The position numbers and the translations under genes were made by a program. Positions 1 to 11,041 of a stretch of 64,000 nt of DNA are shown in pieces. Positions within the stretch are counted from its first letter, which is position 1, and every line of letters starts with the position of its first letter. The notes under the pieces were generated by a model, which searched no databases, was not told the DNA's origin, and saw nothing but the letters and a program-made list of their open reading frames with translations. Origin of the DNA: Octopus bimaculoides (lineage: Eukaryota); assembly GCF_001194135.2 (NCBI RefSeq), contig NC_068982.1, positions 6,812,934 through 6,876,933 on the forward strand, given 5' to 3'.

Positions 1-840
1 TATATATACGCATGCTAATATATGACCTATGTTGGACTCATCATTCGTATAATCATTGACCCTAGAGCTTAACTATATAAATTCTATCCATAGCACTTAC
101 TTGGCATTACCTGACACCTTATTGGCAATGGTGCACAAGCTTTATGTTTGGCTTGGATCTTATTGTTATTGTCTTGCAGACTTTACTATTAAAGGCCTTG
201 CAACATATAGCCATTCCATCTTATTAACAGATTCAGTTATCCAATGTTTCTTTCCTATTTTTTTCTAAGATAATAGGGCATGATTTAAAGGAGAATTGGC
301 TACAGTTTTCAACAAGTTGAAATACCATATCAATGATGTTCATGTTGTTATCATTACCAATGTTTAGCCCCAGGTCAATCTTGATCAATTCAAGAAAACT
401 TAGGAATAATACATCATAACAATAGCCATTCCATAATTTTTAATGTTAACTTGTACTTCATTATTTGAGGTGTCTTTCCATTTTTTAAGAGGGTATATTT
501 TAATTTGAGCAATATTTAACTGCTATTTCTACCAAATACAGTGACCATGTAAAAGCTCCTTTGTCAATTCCTATGGTGTTTGTGTGCGTATTGTTAAACC
601 CTAGGCCAACCAAGATCATGCAGATATGTGATCCAGCAGTGACAGTCCCCTTTTTTTTATGGATGGTTTTCAGAATCGGGAGGAATTTTTATGATGGTAG
701 ATTGGAAAAAAATCACTGAAACAAAATAACACAAAGCACTAGGACAGTGGTTCCCAGCCTGGGGTCCATGGACCCTTGGTAGTCTGCAAAGGTAGTACTG
801 GGGGGGGGGTCCATGAACTAAATTCAAAATTTCGTGTGTG

Positions 841-874
<34 letters not shown>

Positions 875-884
<10 letters not shown>

Positions 885-1077
885 GGAGTAAGCACATAAA
901 TGCGCAACTGGGTTGAAAAAAGAGTACTCAAATACCAGAGGTAGAGTAATATGCTTTATTTAAAAGCAGCAGAAATATAACAAAAAGCTGTTACTCAGAG
1001 TTTCACATTCCCGTTCATCAGACAGTTTTGTTAGAACTAATGAAACTGTCCGATGAACGGGAACGTGAAACTCTGAN
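875..1077. mobile_element. Penelope-like pLTR fold-back (family B) with hammerhead in each arm; right arm runs into a gap
   Basis: Inverted arms TCAGAGTTTCACATTCCCGTTCATCAGACAGTTT / AAACTGTCCGATGAACGGGAACGTGAAACTCTGA around centre TTAGAACTAA (~1035). Each arm carries a hammerhead motif. Confidence 0.7.
988..1025 (-). ncRNA. Minimal type I hammerhead ribozyme (family B), core intact
   Basis: Minus strand reads CUGU-CUGAUGA-ACG ggaa UGU-GAA-ACUC u GAGU-A-ACAG. Stem I CUGU/ACAG, stem II ACG/UGU, palindromic stem III, GUA cleavage triplet. Confidence 0.75.
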
Positions 1078-1147
1078 NNNNNNNNNNNNNNNNNNNNNNN
1101 NNNNNNNNNNNNNNNNNNNNNNNNNNNNNNNNNNNNNNNNNNNNNNN

Positions 1148-2935
1148 AGCAGTATAACCCGACCTTGTCCGGGTGTGACTTATTACGCCATCTACGATAA
1201 GTCTTGCTAGGTGAAAATCAACAAAAAATGAAAGCCTTACAATGAAAAAACCCTTATGATGTAAATATGTTCATAATTCAAAAGACGATGAAATTAATAG
1301 GGAAAGTCTGAAGGCTGTTTTGCGTAACATTATTAAGCGTACGTAAATTTCATCCGTCTAATTGGCTATAGAAATGCTTGTGCAAAACAACTTTTTGCGC
1401 TGCCCTGATTATACATAGCTGCGTAATCCCTTTTCGAAGGAGCTATGATGGCAATTTGTGATGAAGCAATAGCTGCCGATCTATTGCTAAACAGTTTTGT
1501 CAGAGTTCTATCAGATTGGGCAGAAGATGTTGATGCACCATTTTGCATTATGTTCAGAGTAGCTTATGTTGCTGTCATTTTAAACCGGTTGCTGTCTTTC
1601 CCCAGCAAACTCTCTTCTTTGGAGGCATAATCTATGCATATATTAAACAGAACAACAAAAGTTATAATAGATGGCAGGGTCGGTACTTTTCACATATCTG
1701 TAATTTTTCAGATTAACACCCGCATGTTTACCCAACCCTAATCCTAAACCCTAACCCTGACCCTAAAACCGTAACCGTAACACTAATCCTAACCCTAACC
1801 CTAAGCCCTAACCCTAACACCTTAGTGAAAATCGTGGTATATTTACAAAAAATTGACGAACATGAGTTATATTTTACTGAATGATTGTGTACTTGCACGT
1901 GTATGCGTTAGAGAGAGCGAGAGGGGAAGAGGTAGAGAGATGGGGAGAAAGGAATAGAGGTAGTTAAAAGTTTTCTTATGACGGCTTCTCTTCACTGCCT
2001 ATTACTTCATTAGAAATCTAAGGATGCACATAAGCACATAATAGAGAAAAATGAAACAAATATGGACGACTTGCTTCGAAACACCACCGAGTGGGGAACA
2101 CTTCTCAAAAATAACCTGCAGTTGTTTCCTTCAAAATTCTTACAAGCTTGAAATGTACATACATCAAGGTATATTTGTAGAAAATTTCACGAAAAAAATA
2201 TTCATTTTCCTGGAAGTTAAGAGGGATTTAAGTGGAATTTCCGAAAATTGTCTGCTCCCCCCTCCCAAAACACTTTCACCAAAATTTTTTGTATATTTGG
2301 AATCTACATAATAAATAATATATGCATAGAAAATTTCATAAAAAAATATTCATTTTTATGAAAGTTATGACCTTCCAAAGTTGGGGGGTACAACTCTGTA
2401 GTTCTGCCACATTAACGAACATGAGTTATATTTTTGTGAATGGTTGTGTTTATTTGCACGCGTATGCGTTTGAGAGAGCGAGAGAGGAAGAGGGAGAGAA
2501 ATGAATAGAGATCGAGAGCAATGTGTATGTTGTTGTCACAAGTCACGTGTGTGGTTGTGTGTGTTTTTACGTATCTATGTTATGAAAAATAGGTAAAGAA
2601 TACTGAGATGAAAGTTTAATCTATGACTATGTATGTATCACTTTCTCTCTCTCTCCCTCTCCCTCTTTTACGCTTACTCTCTATATTTTTATGTTGAGCG
2701 CGTTTGTAAGAACGGCGTTCCAGGCAGAAGGGAAGAAATATAAAAGTTGCTAGAAACAACAGCCAAATCTCCCTTAAATCACACAAAAGTAAACGGAATT
2801 TAAAAAATCTAATTACTGCGCTGGAAAGTTCACATCGAGAAAATTCCATTGATGTAAANNNNNNNNNNNNNNNNNNNNNNNNNNNNNNNNNNNNNNNNNN
2901 NNNNNNNNNNNNNNNNNNNNNNNNNATATAAAAGA
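1148..2935 (-). mobile_element. Probable non-autonomous Helitron
   Basis: Minus-strand 5' end A|TCTTTTATAT at 2935. 3' end has a GC hairpin (1157-1174, ACCCGACCTTGTCCGGGT) followed by ...TACTGCT running into the gap (CTAG expected). Short MPPKKRVCWGK start remnant near 1628; internal direct repeats (~1855-1960 vs ~2415-2510). Confidence 0.6.
1734..1818 (+). repeat. Degenerate telomere-like (CCCTAA)n array
   Basis: About 14 imperfect CCCTAA / CCGTAA / CCTAAA units. Confidence 0.85.
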
Positions 2936-4013
2936 TAAACAAGAGTGAAAAAACTACAGATGGCTTGTGTTACATGGTTAAAGTATATATTTAAATTGTT
3001 ATGTCAGAAAAATGTTATAAAATTTTGGGTATATAAACATTGTATTTGGAGAAATAACCGGTTTCGTGTTGTCTTTTCAAATTTCTCTACTTTTATCGTA
3101 GCATGTCTTTGCTCCCGTATATGTATGTGTGTGTGTGTGTGCGTGTGTATACATAAGGATAAGCATATTAAAAAGGCTCCATGAGAAAAATTATTTAAAT
3201 AAAAGCATTGGGAACCACTGCACTGGTGGCTTGTACCACATATTGTAGCTCTTCGTGTTGTGAAGCCAACTTTGTTTTTAATCCTTTAAGGGTCATTAAA
3301 ACAAATGCCAGTCAAATACCTGGATTAATATAATCAACTATTCAAGTACATTCCCTGCATTTTTAGCTTTGTGCAGATGTAAAAAACAAGATGATTGTTT
3401 AAAGTTACAATTTTAATGAAGTGAATAGTGAATTACTCCATGGAGAAAGAGTATTATAAATTTATCATCTTTTTTACATATTGTTGCCTGTTTATTCCAT
3501 TGTCATTTTATTTAAATTTATTATTGAAACAAAAAGGAAATTGAAATAGATGAAATTCTTATGTCATTTATTTATTAAAGTTACCTGTAGAATATTGTTA
3601 TGAATTATTGAGAATATGTTATTGACATAATCAGCTGCTAAATGGAAAAAGACAGGTTGATAATGCATAATAAGAATGACAAAGTGCCAAACAATGCTTT
3701 CTCTCTCTTTGTTTATATACTTATTAATGTAGAGAGGGGTAAAGAGAGAGGGGGATAGTGAGAGAGAAAGAGAGACAGAGCAGAAGGGGGAAGATGATTA
3801 ATCTAATATGGAACCAAACACTTTGACAGAGAATAAATGAAATATCGCAATGATAAATGTGTGCACAGAAAACAGTGCAACAGTTCTCTCGTGGGGCTAT
3901 GAAACGCCTAGCCTGCAGCTGCATTTGTCAAACCTACATTGGCTTACAAATGTCATATGCAGGTCTGCAGAAATTAAAACTGCTAAAAAATATTCCTTGT
4001 TTCCAATAGGAAT

Positions 4014-4049
<36 letters not shown>

Positions 4050-4560
4050 NNNNNNNNNNNNNNNNNNNNNNNNNNNNNNNNNNNNNNNNNNNNNNNNNNN
4101 NNNNNNNNNNNNNNNNNNNNNNNNNNNNNNNNNNNNNNNNNNNNNNNNNNNNNNNNNNNNNNNNNNNNNNNNNNNNNNNNNNNNNNNNNNNNNNNNNNNN
4201 NNNNNNNNNNNNNNNNNNNNNNNNNNNNNNNNNNNNNNNNNNNNNNNNNNNNNNNNNNNNNNNNNNNNNNNNNNNNNNNNNNNNNNNNNNNNNNNNNNNN
4301 NNNNNNNNNNNNNNNNNNNNNNNNNNNNNNNNNNNNNNNNNNNNNNNNNNNNNNNNNNNNNNNNNNNNNNNNNNNNNNNNNNNNNNNNNNNNNNNNNNNN
4401 NNNNNNNNNNNNNNNNNNNNNNNNNNNNNNNNNNNNNNNNNNNNNNNNNNNNNNNNNNNNNNNNNNNNNNNNNNNNNNNNNNNNNNNNNNNNNNNNNNNN
4501 NNNNNNNNNNNNNNNNNNNNNNNNNNNNNNGTATATTCTCCCATATATATATATATATAT

Positions 4561-4694
4561 AGTCAATTGCATATACCTTCTTGATTGGTAGTTCTATATA
4601 TATATATATATATAGTCAATTGCATATACCTTCTTGATTGGTAGTTCTATATATATATATAGTCAATTGCATATACCTTCTTGATTGGCCGTTC
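4561..4694 (+). repeat. Minisatellite: 34-bp unit x3 separated by variable (TA)n
   Basis: AGTCAATTGCATATACCTTCTTGATTGGTAGTTC at 4561, 4614 and 4661; third copy has 2 mismatches. Confidence 0.9.
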
Positions 4695-4964
4695 TATATA
4701 TGTTTTTTTATTCGCATATATATTTTGTATCTCCTGTGTTTTTTATATATGTATACTTTATATGTTTAAGAGCCATGGTAATATTTATATATGATCAAAT
4801 GGTTTTGGAAGTATGGTGTTATATATAAAGTCATTGGCTCAAATTTGATATTTGTTCTTTGATCAGTTTTTCTATCTCTGTCTCAATTACGTTTGAACAC
4901 TTTTTTTTCACAGTCTTATAAACTCTTTTGTCTCCATAAAAACAGACAAAACTTATTTCTTGTC

Positions 4965-5026
<62 letters not shown>

Positions 5027-5227
5027 AGAAAAAGGTGGTAGTCAGAATTATGGAGTTTGGATAATTATTTATTTAGTGCTTTCATTTATTTTCCAGAGAC
5101 TTACCAAGAATGATTTATTTACAGAAAATTCATGCCGTATATATATATATATATATATATAATTTTCTGTAAATATATATGAGTTAGGTGAAAAGGTCTG
5201 GAGTTGAATTGGGAACAGTATATATAA

Positions 5228-5352
5228 GGCAGCGAACTGGCAGAATTGTTAGCACGTCGGGCGAAATGCTTAGCGGTATTTCGTCTGCCGCTACGGTCTG
5301 AGTTCAAATTCCATCAAGATCTACTTCACTTTTCATCCTTTCGGGGTTGATA
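5228..5352 (+). mobile_element. tRNA-derived SINE family 2 (OK-like), 5' half
   Basis: GGCAGCGAACTGGCAGAATTGTTAGCACGTCGGGCG...GAGTTCAAATTCC; same family as 54929, 61209 and the 44450 array. Confidence 0.8.
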
Positions 5353-5820
5353 TGTGAGTGTGCGTATAGTATGTGTAAGTGGTGAATTTTTGATGGCTTG
5401 GCTAGCATTTATACCTTTAGAAATGCAAAAAAAATACGACAAAACCATATAATAAAAGATAAAGAGAAAAACAAATGGGCATATTGGAAATCCCCTATTG
5501 TGTGAATATCCACATATATTTACATGCTGATATATAATAAATAAATGTAATTATCTATGTGTAAAACGCGTGCTAAAACTTACGTGAATTTATATATAAA
5601 AGTATACAAGAACTTAAACATATAAATAAGAATTTATATTTTCTTATATTCAAACTTTAAAGTTTACTTAAGTTCAAATAAGGTGCAATGAAGATAAAAT
5701 ACAAAAAACAAATACGGCAGTGAATAAATAAAAGAAAATGTATTTGATATACATACATGTTTGTAACAGAGAATAGACTAACACCCATAAGATTTATACT
5801 GTGTTGGTCAAATAAATAAA

Positions 5821-6822
5821 GGTCGATCTTTCGGTACTAGATCCCATAACTTCCGGTCGTTGTGCGCACGCAGACTGATTACATTATCGTATAGGGGGTT
5901 CCTATAAGGTTGTTATCCACCCCTGACTGGAACTCTCCCGTATGACATGTACGCATGCTCAGTGACTTGCTTTAACTTCCGCAGACTAACATACTGTACT
6001 GACCGGTTAATATGTCTCCGAAGAAATCACGCAAATACTGCTGTATATGCAGCCACTATAGAAGGAAGAATGTAGACGGCAAAGTTATTTCACTACATAG
6101 ATATCCCGCAAACGTAGCTATTCGTCGTATTTGGTTTCAGAGATCGAGACTTGTGAGGAAAGACTTTGTTTACACTGCAAATAGCCAAATGTGTTCCCAG
6201 CATTTCGTCAATTTTAATGGACCATCGAAAGATCAACCCTTGCCATCCGTTTTTCTAAACAAAGTATTTAAAATATCAGTAAGTGCATGATCATANNNNN
6301 NNNNNTACGTTGGGCTAAACACGAATGTTTAATCTAATAATTGTTGTGTTGATGTACAGGTATTTTTAAAAAAGAATTTTGCATTCAAATAATAAATACA
6401 TTGAAATTGTTGTTAATGTTCTGAATGAATGTGAGAATTTCGAGTAAGCCTAGCTATGATATTTTTCTTTATATATATATATTTATTAATAAGGGTAGAA
6501 ATTGATATTAATCAATTAGAAGCAGTGGTCTAGCATATTAAAAAAATCCGAAGATTAAAATTATATTACATACAAAAATAAGAGGAATGACCAGCAAAAG
6601 TGGACTCCTATATGCTAGAAATAGATGCCGATTCGGCATCTATTTCTAGCAGTGGTTCCCAAACCTTTTAGAGACGCGACCCACTGTTTACGACACCAGT
6701 TCATGGCGACCCACTCCCCTCACATGCATACAGTTCTCAAACTTTAAACCTATAAACACACTATACGATAATGTATGCGCACAACGACCGGAAGTTATGG
6801 GATCTAGTACCGAAAGAATGCC
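5821..6822 (+). mobile_element. Internally deleted THAP-domain DNA transposon (PIF/Harbinger-ISL2EU-like, superfamily uncertain)
   Basis: Perfect 41-bp inverted repeat at 5828-5868 / 6776-6816, extendable inward by TACATTATCGTATAG after an 11-bp indel. GG...CC termini; THAP ORF inside. Confidence 0.75.
6012..6290 (+). CDS. THAP zinc-binding domain (transposase N-terminal exon)
   Basis: MSPKKSRKYCCICSH...SLHRYP...W...MCSQHF...LPSVF shows the C2CH ligands plus the conserved P, W, F, P of THAP. Strong donor CA|GTAAGT near 6279 suggests an intron follows. Confidence 0.8.
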   Translation: MSPKKSRKYCCICSHYRRKNVDGKVISLHRYPANVAIRRIWFQRSRLVRKDFVYTANSQMCSQHFVNFNGPSKDQPLPSVFLNKVFKISVSA

Positions 6823-7382
6823 AAATAAAGGAATAAAAGAGAGTCCATTAGTGAAATTCTCAATTTAACAGCGTTCTGTCATACTGGTTTCATTAATGGT
6901 GGTTAAAATTTAGTATAGGGAGAAATACCGAGAGAAAGAAGAGAAAAATATAAATAACATTAGTAAAAGGCTATATTTGTTTGGTAGAAGAAGGTATCTT
7001 ACATCAAAGAAAAATATAATAGTTATATTACAGTTTAAGGGATAAAATGTCATATGTCCTATTAAAATATAGATAAGTGAAAAAAGAAGGAAGAACAATA
7101 AGATAAGAGCATATATAGTATGTTATTTGTATAAATAAAAAGATAAAGATAAATCGCTTATATCCAAAAGGAAATTTTAATTTTACGTTATAGCAGGAAC
7201 ATTCTATAATGTGGAAAGTATAGCGACCAAGGGGAGGTAAGTATAGATGGTTATATTGTCAAAGCATTAAATGAAGTAAACATATAGACGTTTTTTATAA
7301 AGAATATAAATTATATATATATATATATATATTAGTAAATAAATAAATCAAAATAAATAAAGTAGCTAGATGAAATTAGTTT

Positions 7383-8096
7383 TACAGTTCTATATTTAAG
7401 AGATGAAAAATTATGTACATTATTTATATTTGACGGATATTTGTCCTTATCTTGTTTGTTTATTATTATTATTATTATTATTATTGTTATTATATGCCCA
7501 CGAGCATATAGCGTTGTGGTTTAGAGCGCGTGCTACTAACCCCAAGATTCCGAGTTCTATTCTAGGCAGTGATATTAATAGTAATAATAATAATAGTAAT
7601 CTGTTGTGTCTGGGAGAGTCATTTTCCTATTATGCCTTAAAATTTAACACACACACCGTTAAAATTTCCACTTATTTCCTATTTTTATTTTCGTTGCGTC
7701 TTGCAACCTTTTCAATAGTCTTGACTCTCTTCAATAGTCTTGAGAGTCAAGACTAGTGAAAAGGTTGCAAGACGCAACGAAAATTTTAGGAAAATAAAAA
7801 TAAGAAATAAGTGGAAATTTTAACGGTGTGTTAAATTTTAAGGCACAATAAGAAAATGACTCTCCCCAGACACAACAGAATATGCTTCAACACACGAAAT
7901 CATATAAAAATTCTTGCAAAGCAAATCCAAAAACGAAAAATAATAATAATAACAACGAAAAATACCTTAGGAATGAGAACCCAGGTTCGAAATTTCCCCA
8001 AGACACCTAATGAAGGCTGGAGGGTATATCAGCCGAAACGTTGTGTTAACAACAAACAAGATGAGGACAAATATCTGTCAAATGTAAATAATGTAG
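7383..8096. mobile_element. tRNA-head/hammerhead fold-back element (family A), copy 1, with nested insertion
   Basis: Complete end TACAGTTCTATA at 7383; forward tRNA-like head ~7495-7572; hammerhead arm 8002-8047 (core mutated to CUAAUGA); TSD ATTAGTTTTA at 7375-7384 / 8097-8106. Confidence 0.85.
7600..7945 (+). mobile_element. Inverted-duplicated insert in the (AAT)n linker of A copy 1; possible R4/Dong-related 3' UTR
   Basis: Arms 7600-7729 / 7742-7879 are inverted repeats. Right arm continues to TGCAAAGCAAATCCAAAAACGAAAAT(AAT)n, resembling the Dong-type UTR end at 33792 and 63706. Confidence 0.55.
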
Positions 8097-8814
8097 ATTA
8101 GTTTTAGTTAAAAAAATATACTATGGGAGAGGAAAACAAGGTATAATGTAGATAAAATATGCTTATAAAAAGTATTAGGGTTTAAAATTAAAATAGCTGC
8201 ATATATTAGTTTAATGAATAAATAAATAAAATGAATAGATAAATACAATGATTAGATAGCTAGATATTTAGTATTAGATAAAAATATATACAATGAAGGG
8301 AGAGAAAGGTCAATATTAATATTAAGTCAAGAATAGGGGAAGGAAATATACAAGTAAGTCTTGATTACATTAATGATACATAAAGGGGGAATATAAATTA
8401 TCAATAGTGAATCAAAATAATGGTTACTAAGATTAGGGGAGAAAGTAAGGAGTATAAAATTGTAAAAAGATATGAAGAATATAATAAATAGAGGTAGAAG
8501 CAGGGGTTAAGGAATAACATATAGTTATAGTGGTAAAAAAAGAAATTAAGCATTTAGTTATCAATTTATCTATATTTGGAAAATACATATTTTCCTATGT
8601 GTAGACAAGAATTATTTCTCTCATCCCTAAGGTTAAGGAGAGGGAATTTTGCTGAGAGAATAAAAAATTTTTCATTTCAACAAAGAAAGCATTTTTTATT
8701 ATCACCTTTATAGGAGGGCGCTGAAGCTATTATATCCCATTTAATATCATAATTTATGGTACCACGTAAAAGGCAGGAGTGATGACTCCATATGAAAAGC
8801 AGTGGTGATTGTAT

Positions 8815-9010
8815 GACATAGAATGCACCCAGTACACTCTGTAGAGTGGTTGGCATTAAGAATGTCATCCAACTACAGGAACAATGCCAAAACAGAGAGT
8901 GGCATCTAGTGCAGATCTTGGCTTTACCAATTCCTATCAAACTATACCAGAATGGAAAATGAACATCAAATAATGATAGTGATGGTGGTGATGATGATGA
9001 TAATGATGAT
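8815..9010 (+). mobile_element. Degenerate RTE-type LINE 3' tail
   Basis: Decayed ACACTC..GAGTGGTTGGCATTAAGAA..CATCCA.CT motif ending in (GAT/GGT)n. Confidence 0.6.
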
Positions 9011-9040
9011 CTGTACATTTATGAGTATGCATACAATATA

Positions 9041-9252
9041 CAGTAATCCCTTGCTATATCGTGCTTCACCTATCGCGGTTTATTATCTAAGCTTACGTCG
9101 ATTCCTCTGTGGTGTTGCTTTGCATTCATAATAAAATAAATATATAAAAATTATAAAATAAAAAAATATACAGTACTGTTTCTACTTTACAGATTTTCAC
9201 TTATCACATGGGGTTTCGGAACATAACACCGGCTATAGTCGAGGGATTATTG
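9041..9252. mobile_element. Tc1/mariner (Tigger/pogo-like) MITE
   Basis: TA|CAGTAATCCCT...GAGGGATTATTG|TA: terminal inverted repeats with TA TSD. Confidence 0.8.
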
Positions 9253-9344
9253 TAATTGTCATGTACTGATTTCTGGAAACTGGTTTCATGTTTTCTTTTG
9301 CTGGTTAAAAATTAATCATAGCATATTTTTGATTCTTTTTCATT

Positions 9345-9554
9345 TATTATTTTATATGTTACAGTCATTTGACTGCAGCCATGCTGGAGCACCGCCTTTT
9401 TGTTGAGCAAATCAACCCCAGGACTTATTCTTTGTAAGCCTGGTACTTATCTTATTAGTCTGTTTTGGCGAACTGCTAAGTGACAGGGACGTAAACACAC
9501 CAGCATCGGTTGTCAAGCGATGTTGGTGAGGAAAAACACAGACACACAAACATG

Positions 9555-9594
<40 letters not shown>

Positions 9595-9752
9595 CGATAG
9601 GCTCCTTTCAGTTTCCATCTACCAAATTCACTCACAAGGCTTTGGTCAGCCCGAGGCTATAGCAGAAGACACTTGCCCAAGGTGCCACACAGTGGGACTG
9701 AACCCGAAACCATGTGGTTGGTAAGCAAGCTACTTACCACACAACCACTCCT
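9345..9752 (-). mobile_element. tRNA-derived SINE family 1 (OR-like), full length
   Basis: A box TGGTTGTGTGG, B box GGTTCAGTCC, internal (TA/TG)n, 3' ...GACTG tail. Confidence 0.85.
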
Positions 9753-10885
9753 GTGCCTGTTACTTGGTTTAAAAGAAGAAGTAATTTTCATATTTCCCAG
9801 CTAGGAATATGAAGTAAATGAATCTAAAAATGTAAAAATGAACTAAATATTAAGTAAAACATTTAGTTTAGTGTGAACCATTAAAATTTTAATTAAACCC
9901 TATTCTCTTGCACATTACAAGATCAAAGAAGGTTTAGCAAATTCCAATGTTTGTGTATTAACATGTAAAACATTTTATTTTAAATATTTCCATGTTCAGA
10001 AGGTAGTTAATGTGACCAATACGATACAATATCACATTGAAAGTTTTAGTGTATCAAATTCAATGTCTTATTTCTCTGCATTTAAATCCTGCAAGAGATA
10101 GTTTCGCCTTATTCTCTCTAGATTTGATTGAATATGTTTAATTCAATAAAATTCTAAAACCGATTCTAGGTCAAATACCAAATCAATATTTTGAGTATCA
10201 AATATCCAAAACAAAATTATATTGGGATTCATATAAAAAAAAAAAAAGCAAAATATTTTTCCTTTCAACTTCCTGAAGAAATTTGATTTTATTGAAGAAT
10301 TAATAATTAAAATAGCATAAGATTAAAAAAGAACAGCAATTTTGAAGCTCTTTAAAAATGGAGAGCTGAAATGGTTTTGAAAGTGGTAAACTGGATCTAT
10401 ATTATTAACTTCCTTTTTGTGCAGCATTTCAATAATGCAGTTGGTTATATTAATCTCTTCATTAAGAGATTTACTATTTTATACATGTTAAGGGGCTAAA
10501 ATTGAGTTAATATTTTCCCATGGCTGCTTTCTTAATGTTGATATCGTGTTGCAAAGCATTTGACCAGTTGTATTATAAAGGTGACTAAATGTATCTGACT
10601 CAAACTGACACTCAGTCAGTTGTGACCAAGAGTGTTCCAGTTGATTGGATCAATGGAACTGCTCAGGAAGTTAGCACACAAGTGGCTGAGCATTGCCCAG
10701 GCATACATAACTACAACGTAGTTCTCAGGGAGACTCAGCATGACACAGAATGGGACAAGGCTTGCTCTTTGAATTACAGCTACTACTCATTTTTGCAAAC
10801 TGAGTGGACAGGAGCAATGTGGTATAAAGTGTCTTGCTCAAGAACACAATGTGCCACCAAGAATTGAACTGAAAACTTTATGATT

Positions 10886-10996
10886 TTTACATTATTTACA
10901 TTTTACACCTTGTTTGTTGTTAACACATTTCAGCTGGTGTCTTGGGGAAATTTGAAATCTGGGTTCTCATTCCTAAGGTATTTTTCCATGTTGTTG

Positions 10997-11041
<45 letters not shown>

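Larger units (their letters stand above)
745..3220. mobile_element. hAT (Charlie-like) non-autonomous element whose ends bracket nested insertions
   Basis: Left end CAGTGGTTCCCA at 745; right end TGGGAACCACTG ending at 3220. 8-bp flanks CACTAGGA / CACTGGTG match at 5/8, consistent with a decayed TSD. hAT elements make 8-bp TSDs. Confidence 0.6.

Noticed and set aside
1734-1818. True chromosome end
   Set aside because: Short, degenerate and internal to a mobile element.
3850-4584. Long ORFs spanning N runs (also 27877, 35275, 50317, 53116, 57178, 58336 and similar)
   Set aside because: Open only because gaps translate as X; flanks are microsatellite.
4561-4694. CRISPR-like repeat/spacer pattern
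   Set aside because: Spacers are only (TA)n; eukaryotic context; no cas genes.
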